Shown piece after piece: positions 1 to 7,245 of a stretch of 15,929 bases of DNA. The stretch lies in contig JAYSWN010000015.1 in the NCBI GenBank assembly GCA_043718025.1, forward strand, positions 1 to 15,929, given 5' to 3'. Source of the stretch: Pseudomonadota bacterium (GTDB lineage: Bacteria > Bdellovibrionota > FAC87 > UBA2466). The notes under the pieces were generated by a model, which worked only from the letters and a program-made list of their open reading frames with translations, did no database searches and was not told the origin of the DNA. The first letter of the stretch is position 1; each line of letters starts with the position of its first letter. A program made the translations under genes and the position numbers.

Positions 1-1113
1 CACGAAGAGCTAAACGAATCTACGTTTTATTACGAGGCGCGCCGGCTCTTAAGTCAGGCACGCGAACAGGCCCAGGCGGGCGACTGGACCGCCGCCAAGA
101 TGAGCGCCGTTGCCAGCTACCTCGAAGGCGTTGAGCCCATCGAGCCCACCCTGCGCCGCAAAAGTCCGGCGATGATCGAACGCCTAGAGAGAAAGATGGC
201 CGATGTTCGCCGAGCCATCGATAACCGCTCGCCTGATCTCAAAATGATTATTGATGACGCCAACGCCTTGATTGTTTCTGCCGAGGAAGAGAGCAAGAAG
301 CAGGAGAGCACCGCGTGGATGGCGTTTCTGATTTCGTTTGGCATCATCACCCGCGAAGCCCTCGAGGCAATTTTGGTTCTGGTGACGGTACTGGGCGTGA
401 CCCGTTCTTTCGGGTCCAAAACGGCGACCCGCGCTATTCATGCGGGCTGGCTAACGGCCGTAGTGGCCGGTTTTGCCACTTGGTACGCCGCCGGACGCCT
501 CATCACTATTTCGGGGGCCGATCGCGAGTGGATGGAAGGCGTTGTTGCCCTGCTAGCCGTAGTGATTTTGATCTACATGGGTTTCTGGCTGCACCAGAAA
601 ACCGAAATTGGAAAGTGGCGAGAGTTCATCGAGAAAATGGTTGGCCAGGCCATCGAGCGTAAAAGCATGACGGCGTTTGTGCTGCTTTCTTTTACTACGG
701 TTTACCGCGAAATTTTTGAGTCGGTGCTTTTTCTGCAGGCGTTGAGCCTGGAAATGGGGAGCGAACAGAATTGGGCCATTGGCGCAGGCGCGGTGGCGGC
801 GCTTGGTACCATGAGCCTATTTTCGGTGATTGCTTCACGGTTGAGCTTAAAGCTTCCGGTACGGCAACTGTGTCAGATGTCTTCGTGGATGATGATTGTT
901 TTGGCGATTGTTTTGCTGGGCAAAGCGGTGCACGCGTTTCAAGAGGTGGGGGTCGTGCCGATGACCTTGCTGCCCACCAGTTTACGTTTTGAACTATTAG
1001 GGATTTTTCCCACCTACGAAACCTTTGCCGCGCAATTGGCGGGGGTCACGCTGATTCTCGGCATCTACTACCTTAGAGATCGCACCTGGACCGGTCGCGG
1101 CGCCTCATTGTAG
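1..1113 (+). CDS. FTR1-family iron permease (cytochrome c/FTR1, PbrT-like), 5'-truncated by the window edge
   Basis: Frame 1 is open from base 1 (HEELNESTFYYEARRLLSQAREQAQAGDWTAAKMSAVASYLEGVEPIEP...), so the ORF-track start at 100 is probably internal. Two FTR1 RExxE motifs (ITREALEA, VYREIFES), several hydrophobic TM segments, typical C-terminal 'LLGIFPTYET' segment. The 'A.YLEG.EP.E' helix precedes the permease in long PbrT-like forms. Confidence 0.9.
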   Translation, partial: HEELNESTFYYEARRLLSQAREQAQAGDWTAAKMSAVASYLEGVEPIEPTLRRKSPAMIERLERKMADVRRAIDNRSPDLKMIIDDANALIVSAEEESKKQESTAWMAFLISFGIITREALEAILVLVTVLGVTRSFGSKTATRAIHAGWLTAVVAGFATWYAAGRLITISGADREWMEGVVALLAVVILIYMGFWLHQKTEIGKWREFIEKMVGQAIERKSMTAFVLLSFTTVYREIFESVLFLQALSLEMGSEQNWAIGAGAVAALGTMSLFSVIASRLSLKLPVRQLCQMSSWMMIVLAIVLLGKAVHAFQEVGVVPMTLLPTSLRFELLGIFPTYETFAAQLAGVTLILGIYYLRDRTWTGRGASL

Positions 1114-1118
1114 ACAGA

Positions 1119-2024
1119 CTATAGTTCACGCTCGAGAGCGGCTTTTCGTTTCTTTTTCGGTGATTTCATTTCGGCGATTGGCCGCTCAGAATTCAAACGC
1201 CGTTTAAACCACAGATCAAGGTAGGGGTAGAAATTTTCTTGATCAATGTCATTGTGCGGCTCGTGGTAGCCGCTCGGTAAAATGTGCAGCACCTTTTCTT
1301 GAGCCCCCAAACCACTTAAAATCTCAAAACTACCTTCGGGATTGATCACGCGATCGTCGCTACCGTGCAAAATTACCGTCGGGCACAAGATGTTAGTCAC
1401 CAACGACGGAATCTGAGCCAGGGCCTTTAATACCTCAACCCCCTGATGCACGGTGTTGGCGTGACAGACTAATGGGTCGGTGGCGTACGCTTGCACGACG
1501 CCGGCGTCGCGCGAAATGGCCTCCATATCGATAGGCTTGGGCAGGCGAAACGAAGGAAACACGCGATCCACCCAAGTGCCTAAAAAAATCACGGCGGGAG
1601 AAATGCCTTTTCCCGTGCGGTAAGCGGGCGCGGTGAGAATGAGGCCATCCAATTCATGACTGCGCTCTGCGGCGAAGTGAATCGCAATGGCCCCGCCTAA
1701 ACTGTGCCCGTATAAGAACAAGGGCAGCGGCGAGGTCTCGCGACAGATCCATTGAAACACCAGGTTCACATCTTCCACGTAGTCATTAAATGCGTCGCAC
1801 CACTGCCGTTTGCCGCCGCTACGGCCCGCGCCACGCATATCGAAACGAATCACCTCAATGTTCTGACGCGCCATAAATTCAAAGGTGTTGTGGTGACGGC
1901 CACTGTGCTCGCTGATGCCGTGAACCATCAGCACCCGGGCCCGCGGTTTTTCCACTTTGTGTTGCCATACGGCAAGGTGGCCAAGCCACATCGGTTCGAA
2001 TGTTGAGGAAGAGGGGGTAGGCAT
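1119..2024 (-). CDS. Alpha/beta-hydrolase, lysophospholipase/monoacylglycerol-lipase type (Hydrolase_4)
   Basis: VHGISEHSGRH, FDMRGAGRSGG, nucleophile elbow GHSLGG, ILHGSDDRVI (Asp) and GYHEPHND (His) give a complete catalytic triad. Confidence 0.92.
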   Translation of the reverse strand: MPTPSSSTFEPMWLGHLAVWQHKVEKPRARVLMVHGISEHSGRHHNTFEFMARQNIEVIRFDMRGAGRSGGKRQWCDAFNDYVEDVNLVFQWICRETSPLPLFLYGHSLGGAIAIHFAAERSHELDGLILTAPAYRTGKGISPAVIFLGTWVDRVFPSFRLPKPIDMEAISRDAGVVQAYATDPLVCHANTVHQGVEVLKALAQIPSLVTNILCPTVILHGSDDRVINPEGSFEILSGLGAQEKVLHILPSGYHEPHNDIDQENFYPYLDLWFKRRLNSERPIAEMKSPKKKRKAALEREL

Positions 2025-2030
2025 CGTTTA

Positions 2031-2059
2031 AGAGTAAAGCGATAACGTTGGGGCGTCCA
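2031..2059 (-). promoter_or_regulatory. Putative sigma70 promoter for the hydrolase, positioned for a leaderless mRNA
   Basis: Minus strand: TGGACG (2059-2054), 17 nt, TACTCT (2036-2031), 6 nt, ATG (2024). No Shine-Dalgarno before the ATG. Confidence 0.55.
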
Positions 2060-2111
2060 CTACCGGGCGGTTAGTGGCCGTGGCTAAGGGTCGCCACCCG
2101 CCACCGAGGAC

Positions 2112-2690
2112 TCAGCTACGACGAAACCAGCCGGTAAGGCTGTTGCGTTCATGGTAAGTCGGCAGCACTTCGTGCTCCACTTCGTCGCTCATAAAGAAGA
2201 TGGCGCGGTTAGGAAGTGGAAAAAAATCTCGGGGTTCGCCTAAGTAAGTACGTAGCTGCCCGCCCCAGGCCTCATCCCACTCATTGTTTAGGTAAACAAT
2301 CAGGCTCACTACGCGGCGGTGATCTTCTTTAAAGCGATCGCTGTGGCGGCGATAAAATGCGCCTTTGGGGTAGCGCGAAAAATGGAACTCTTGGTCGTTT
2401 AGCCCCAAAAATAATCTTTGATTTAAATCAACCCGAACTTCGGAGAATTTGGTCTGCAGGAATTCTAAATCGGAATCACTCGGCTCGATCCAGCAGGTTT
2501 CGTCACGGCGGGTTTCAAGATCCAACGACGGTTTACCCGCCCCCACTCCCGCCGCCTTAAAGCGCAATAGCCGTCGGCGAACCGTAAACGCCAATTGAAT
2601 CTGTTTCCACTCTTGCGCAGCAAAGAAGGGTTCGACCACCGCGATTCCCGTTTCGCTTAACCCCTTGGCGATTTGAGTTGCGCCGGTCAT
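2112..2690 (-). CDS. 2OG-Fe(II) oxygenase, prolyl-4-hydroxylase EGL-9/PHD-like (Pseudomonas PPHD-like)
   Basis: HxD in YRRHSDRF, 'IVYLNNEW...GGQLR', distal His in VEHEVLP and 2OG-binding R in ERNSLTGWFRR. Start placed at ATG 2690 (MTGATQ), which forms an ATGA overlap with the hrpB stop, rather than at 2747. Confidence 0.88.
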   Translation of the reverse strand: MTGATQIAKGLSETGIAVVEPFFAAQEWKQIQLAFTVRRRLLRFKAAGVGAGKPSLDLETRRDETCWIEPSDSDLEFLQTKFSEVRVDLNQRLFLGLNDQEFHFSRYPKGAFYRRHSDRFKEDHRRVVSLIVYLNNEWDEAWGGQLRTYLGEPRDFFPLPNRAIFFMSDEVEHEVLPTYHERNSLTGWFRRS

Positions 2691-5212
2691 CGTGGTTTCC
2701 GCTCTTTCCATTCTCGTTTTTCCGCGATCAGCGGATTGTCGGGCCAATGGTGACGCGGATAACGACGCGAAAGTTCTTTACGAACTTCGGCGTAATGGCG
2801 GGCCCAAAAGCCTTTGAGATCTGAAGTCACTTGCACCGCCCGGCCATTGGGCGCCAACAGATGCAAAGTGAGCGGAAGTCGCCCCTTTAAAATCGCCGGC
2901 CCCTCCCCCGTTCCGAAAAAATCTTGCAACCTTGATTCAATCCACGGTTTATTGCCGCGCTCGTAATGAATGGTCACATTTTTTCCGTGTAACAACTTCA
3001 CCGAAGTGGGCACCCACTCTTCAAGCAAATACGCTTTGCCCTTGCAAATCCAGTCGGTAAGCAAGTCGGCCCAAGGCAGCTCCTTGGCGGCACTTTCGGT
3101 CACCGCATTGTGCAGCGACTGCTTAAGCGTTTCCCAAAGCTGCTCGCTGCTGCCCACGACAAAGGGCCCATCGGGCACCGCTTCTAAAGCCAGCGAAACT
3201 TTGCCCAATAAATTTTCCAGCTCGGCCTTAATTCCCAAACGAGCCAGCAACTCGGGCCACTCCGCCGGGGTTGAAGCCAAAACTTTCTGTTTAGAGATTC
3301 CAATCCCTTTTTCCAAAAGCGCTTCTGCCGCTGCGTCTCCGGGGGTGGGCCGCTCTTTGCTCTCCACCACCGGTAGTACGCTATAGCGAATAAATGAGAA
3401 TTGAGTCAGCCGGTTGGTGGCGCTATCCCATTCTACTTGCGCCCCTTCGCTAATGCGCGAGGGCTTTAGATCAAACAGCCAATTTTCGTCGATTGGTGCC
3501 ATGAGCGAAATTTTTGGTTGAACGCGGGTACCGGCTTGCCTTTCGGTCTCTTGCACTTCTAACGCCAAGAACCAAGGGGTTTCAAACGCCTCATTGCCCG
3601 GTGTCCACAAGGCCACCCCGCCTTCGCTCAAAAGCCACTCTTCGCTTTTTCCGTGGGCCAGACGTTGAGCGGTAGAGTTCAATTTTCTCTTCGCCACCCG
3701 ATCGGGAAAGCCCGTGAGAAAAGAAAAGCCAACGGCGTTAGCATCGCCGGCGCCCTGATTCGACTGCACCCGAAAAATGCCCTGCAGCTGCCGCTGCACC
3801 CGTTTGGCCCCAAAGCTAGTGGGCGCTTTTCCGATGAGGTTAAAAAGATTGGGCGTCGGCGTTTCGCCCTCCGATAAGAGAGCCACCAGATCAATCGTCG
3901 AACCGATCACGCCGCGACTCTCGGCCTCAACCAGCACGCGCGATAAGCGAGGCGACAGAGGTAGCTCGGCCATGGCGCGGCCCACCTGGGTTAAAGGCGA
4001 GGGTTGAGTCTCGGTTTCCAACGCTCCCAAGAGAAATAACAGACGGATTGCCGCATTCACGCGCCCGTCGTCAGGAGGCTCAAGCCACTTCACGCCATCG
4101 AGGTAGCCCATGCCCTTTAACGACAGATAGGTTTCGGCTAAGTCGGCGCGGCGGATTTCGGGAACCTCATAAGCCGGGCGGGTTTCATAATCATGCCGAG
4201 AAAAAAGGCGCAAGCAGATGCCCGGCCCGGTTCGGCCGGCGCGGCCAGCGCGTTGAATGGCCGAGGCCTTACTCACCGGTCGCAAGCGCAATCGGGGAAT
4301 GCCCGACCACGGTGACTCGTGAAGTTGCCGGAAAACCCCGGTATCAATCACCAGCGCGACGCCTTCGATGGTTAAACTACTTTCGGCGATGTTGGTGGAG
4401 AGAATGATTTTCTTTTTTACGCTGGGACGAATTGCCGCGTCTTGTTCAGTGCGATCTAAATCACCGTGCAAAAGGTGGAGGGTAAAATCGGGCGATTTGA
4501 TTTCAGCCTGCAAAATTTCGCCCGCTCGCCGCATCTCGCTCATGCCCGGTAAGAAGATAAGCGTGTGGCCGGTCACCTCCCCCTTGCGCAGCACTTCTAA
4601 AAAAGCCAACGCCACCTGAGTTTCAAAGTTCCCCTTTTTGTCCACGTAACGGGTATCAACCGGATGGCGCGGCAACTCGACATCTAAACGGCCACAGGGA
4701 AGCAACGCCCCGACAATCGATTCCACGTCGATGGTCGCCGAGCAGATCACAATTTTTAAATCGGACCGCACCGTGGCTTGCAACGAGCGCAGACAAGCCA
4801 GCGCCACATCGGTCTGCAGGTGACGCTCGTGAAATTCATCGAGCACCACGGCCTTTACCCCTTTTAATGTGGGGTTGTCGGTGAGCCGTTTTAAAAAGGT
4901 ACCTTCGGTAAGAAAAAGCAGCCGGGTCTTGGGTCCCACCACTTTTTCCCAACGAAATTGGTAACCAACCGTCTCTCCCACCCTTTCGCCGGCCTCTTCG
5001 GCAATACGGTGGGCCGCCCATTTGGCGGCCAGACGGCGCGGCTCTAACACCCAAACCTGTTCGTTCGGCCCAATGAGCGGGGAGTTAAGCATCGCCGGCG
5101 GCAGCCGAGTGGTTTTGCCCGACCCGGGTGAAGCTTGCAGCACGAAGTTAGGCGTTTTCGCCATTTCCCTAAGTATGCCTGGCAGATGTTGGTCTATCGG
5201 AAGCGGGTTCAT
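2687..5212 (-). CDS. hrpB: ATP-dependent DEAH-box RNA helicase HrpB
   Basis: Motif I ASPGSGKTT, EPRRLAA, motif II LDEFHER, motif III SAT, STNIAESSLTI, motif VI QRAGRAGR, HA2-like 'AELPLSPRLSRVL' and HrpB C-terminal 'LLAPNGRAVQVTSDLKGFW...YPRHHWPDNP'; 841 aa. Confidence 0.95.
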   Translation of the reverse strand: MNPLPIDQHLPGILREMAKTPNFVLQASPGSGKTTRLPPAMLNSPLIGPNEQVWVLEPRRLAAKWAAHRIAEEAGERVGETVGYQFRWEKVVGPKTRLLFLTEGTFLKRLTDNPTLKGVKAVVLDEFHERHLQTDVALACLRSLQATVRSDLKIVICSATIDVESIVGALLPCGRLDVELPRHPVDTRYVDKKGNFETQVALAFLEVLRKGEVTGHTLIFLPGMSEMRRAGEILQAEIKSPDFTLHLLHGDLDRTEQDAAIRPSVKKKIILSTNIAESSLTIEGVALVIDTGVFRQLHESPWSGIPRLRLRPVSKASAIQRAGRAGRTGPGICLRLFSRHDYETRPAYEVPEIRRADLAETYLSLKGMGYLDGVKWLEPPDDGRVNAAIRLLFLLGALETETQPSPLTQVGRAMAELPLSPRLSRVLVEAESRGVIGSTIDLVALLSEGETPTPNLFNLIGKAPTSFGAKRVQRQLQGIFRVQSNQGAGDANAVGFSFLTGFPDRVAKRKLNSTAQRLAHGKSEEWLLSEGGVALWTPGNEAFETPWFLALEVQETERQAGTRVQPKISLMAPIDENWLFDLKPSRISEGAQVEWDSATNRLTQFSFIRYSVLPVVESKERPTPGDAAAEALLEKGIGISKQKVLASTPAEWPELLARLGIKAELENLLGKVSLALEAVPDGPFVVGSSEQLWETLKQSLHNAVTESAAKELPWADLLTDWICKGKAYLLEEWVPTSVKLLHGKNVTIHYERGNKPWIESRLQDFFGTGEGPAILKGRLPLTLHLLAPNGRAVQVTSDLKGFWARHYAEVRKELSRRYPRHHWPDNPLIAEKREWKERKPR

Positions 5213-5234
5213 GAATGTGCTCTCTAACGACCTA

Positions 5235-5275
5235 AGGGATTAGCATGGAACTTGACCAGATTCTCCCCTATCATT
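5235..5275 (+). repeat. 41-bp direct repeat, copy 1 (in the hrpB / glycosyltransferase divergent intergenic region)
   Basis: AGGGATTAGCATGGAACTTGACCAGATTCTCCCCTATCATT; 37/41 identical to 7060-7100, last 18 bp identical. Confidence 0.95.
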
Positions 5276-5310
5276 GATTTTTTGGGCCACTGCATCCCCT
5301 ACAGCCCTTT

Positions 5311-6969
5311 ATGCCAAACCACCCACGCGGTTTTCAAACGCCCGCAAAAAGCCTTGCGATTATTTCTTGCTGGTTCGGCGCGGGTACCCTTTTGGCTCTG
5401 CTTAGACTCTCTCTTCTTACTACTTCGGTATATCGACGGTCGCTGAATTACGAGGAGGGCAGCAATTATTGGTATGTCAGTTACACCGTCAATTTTTTTA
5501 AGGGGCTTTTCACACCAGACTTCAATTATTACCCGCTAATTCTTCGCACCGCCTCCCATTTTCTGTTGAACGTCTTTAGTTTGTACAATGAATTTCCAAT
5601 CGCCTTTAAAGCAATCTCTTACCTCTATTATTCAATTGGAATTTTAACCCTACTCCATCCCAAACTAGACCTTCTATCGTTGCCCAGCCGACTATTCATT
5701 GCGTTGTACTTTCTTTTTTTAACCGGGCCTGAACTGCAATACCCCTTCAATGCCGGCTATTCGATGATATTTGTCGCGCTTTTTCTATTTCATCATTTTT
5801 GTCGCCGCGAATTAAAAAAAAACGACCTGGCCTACCTCACGTTGCTTCCCCTCATCTGTTTTTCAAAAAGCACCCTCTGTTTTCTGGCCCTGCCGGCCTT
5901 CGCCCTTTGCTTTAATAATTTGCGGCTAAGTAAAATTCACAAGATCGCATGGACCACTATTTCTGTCTTTTTTTTCGTTTCAGTTTTTTCAGTATTTTAT
6001 CTAAACACAAAAATTAACTTGATCGAAGTACGACTACTTAACCCTCAAAAAGTAATGGCTACTTTTCTGTCGATTGGAATTTCCACGTTCAGCTTTTTAG
6101 CGCTTTGGCTGGCACGAGCCCTCGAGAATTTTCACCCGTCATTGGTCTATGCCCTGGCAATTATTTTGGTCGGCTTTGGTTTCGTGAGTCAGGTAAAAGC
6201 GTTTCAGTTTCTACGAAACGGCCTAACCAAAAACGATTCTGAAGCCACGTTGATGGGGGCGATGGCACTCTCAGCCCCCCTCGCCTTTTTTGCGGTAGTA
6301 AACCTGCAACAGCTTCCGTGGCTTTCGCAGTGGCGGGGCTATCAATTTAGCCCGATCAATTTATTGAACGCCGAAAGCGGCTTCTTTTTCTCTCGGCATT
6401 TCTATTACATTCTTGCGGTAACGCTACTTTTTACAGTCTATTGGATTGAAAAATCTCAACTCAGCGGGCTTCGCAAAAGAGTGCTCTTGTTCTTGTTTTT
6501 CTCGCTTCAGCTTTCATCGGGAATTTACTATCAACAAACTGACCAGCTTAACCTAAAGACCAATCCCTTTTTGGCGTCGGTGTATCAAACCATTCCCAAG
6601 CTGAGTCCAAACCTATTTTGCTTTCCCCTGGTTGGTTTTCCGGCCGCAAACATCGGGCACCACTGTCATCTTCACTCAAAAATCGCGTTGCCAATTGAAC
6701 TCAAGGGCCATTCAACAATCAGCACTATTGTTCCGCCAGAGAACGTGATTGCCATCGTGCTTCGAGGCCCAGAGCTAACGCCCGATATTCCCATTGCGCT
6801 CGCCTGGAACGACCATAATCTAAACGCAATCACCGATCCTTCCACCAGCTATTACCGCTACTTTTGGATCGGAAACCATTCTCTTACTGGCCCGCTTTCC
6901 ATTACCAACCAGTCTCCCCGTAATTTACGTATGGAGTTTTTTTACTACGTCGCCGATCGGCTAGAATAA
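5311..6969 (+). CDS. Polytopic membrane protein, probable GT-C fold glycosyltransferase (GtrC-like surface-glycan modifier) with soluble C-terminal domain
   Basis: 552 aa with many Phe/Leu-rich TM segments. After TM1 the loop 'LNYEEGSNYWYVSY...FFKGLFTPDFNYYPLILR' resembles the 'FWAEDG..W...AY....SL.TP..GY....R' first periplasmic loop recalled for GtrC-like GT-C enzymes. The last ~140 aa look soluble. Hand-counted lines 5521, 5581 and 5941 are 42%, 32% and 30% GC, versus 68% and 72% in two hrpB lines (4201, 4981); these are spot checks only. Confidence 0.6.
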   Translation: MPNHPRGFQTPAKSLAIISCWFGAGTLLALLRLSLLTTSVYRRSLNYEEGSNYWYVSYTVNFFKGLFTPDFNYYPLILRTASHFLLNVFSLYNEFPIAFKAISYLYYSIGILTLLHPKLDLLSLPSRLFIALYFLFLTGPELQYPFNAGYSMIFVALFLFHHFCRRELKKNDLAYLTLLPLICFSKSTLCFLALPAFALCFNNLRLSKIHKIAWTTISVFFFVSVFSVFYLNTKINLIEVRLLNPQKVMATFLSIGISTFSFLALWLARALENFHPSLVYALAIILVGFGFVSQVKAFQFLRNGLTKNDSEATLMGAMALSAPLAFFAVVNLQQLPWLSQWRGYQFSPINLLNAESGFFFSRHFYYILAVTLLFTVYWIEKSQLSGLRKRVLLFLFFSLQLSSGIYYQQTDQLNLKTNPFLASVYQTIPKLSPNLFCFPLVGFPAANIGHHCHLHSKIALPIELKGHSTISTIVPPENVIAIVLRGPELTPDIPIALAWNDHNLNAITDPSTSYYRYFWIGNHSLTGPLSITNQSPRNLRMEFFYYVADRLE

Positions 6970-7059
6970 CGATTCGGTATTTTCTCAGTTTCTCTAAGAA
7001 TGTCCGGCAGATGGCAGGCTATCCGGAGCCGATCTGGGAAGCGCCTCCAATCGGTACCG

Positions 7060-7100
7060 AGGGAATAGCGTGGAACTTAACTAGATTCTCCCCTATCATT
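7060..7100 (+). repeat. 41-bp direct repeat, copy 2
   Basis: AGGGAATAGCGTGGAACTTAACTAGATTCTCCCCTATCATT; four mismatches to copy 1, offset 1825 bp. Confidence 0.95.
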
Positions 7101-7124
7101 AAAAGAGAAGATCGAAACCTTTCC

Positions 7125-7142
7125 AGCGGTTGTTTAACCGCT
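7125..7142. promoter_or_regulatory. Perfect inverted repeat (candidate activator/operator site or hairpin)
   Basis: AGCGGTT-gttt-AACCGCT (7-4-7), about 40 bp upstream of a sigma54-like element; no U-tract on either side. Confidence 0.4.
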
Positions 7143-7178
7143 CTGGCCCTCTCCGACATTCGAATTCCTCGGTCACTA

Positions 7179-7195
7179 CCGGCAACGCCATTGCG
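7179..7195 (+). promoter_or_regulatory. Putative sigma54 (-24/-12) promoter
   Basis: CCGGCAACGCCATTGCG: GG (7181-7182) + exactly 10 nt + GC (7193-7194), i.e. GGCA-N6-TTGC, about 50 nt upstream of ATG 7246. It deviates from the TGGCACG consensus at the flanking positions. Confidence 0.45.
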
Positions 7196-7245
7196 TCCTT
7201 TTTTGTGGCGCGTTACAAGAGCGTGGCGTAACCGCAGAGGTGCAG

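Noticed and set aside
2691..2747. ORF-track N-terminal extension of the oxygenase (start 2747)
   Set aside because: It overlaps the conserved hrpB C-terminus; the ATGA-coupled start at 2690 is more parsimonious.
5252..5446. Short ORFs 5252-5446 and 7011-7286 sharing the peptide TRFSPII
   Set aside because: The shared peptide is simply a translation of the DNA repeat; the ORFs overlap real genes and show no coding features.
5235..7100. CRISPR array or integron attC interpretation of the 41-bp repeats
   Set aside because: Only two copies 1.8 kb apart, no cas or intI gene, and no RYYYAAC...GTTRRRY ends or long attC-type palindrome.
7171..7216. GGACGCAA on the minus strand, reminiscent of a c-di-GMP-I riboswitch
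   Set aside because: The GGCAAACC/GAAA tetraloop hairpin is missing and there is no same-strand gene immediately downstream.
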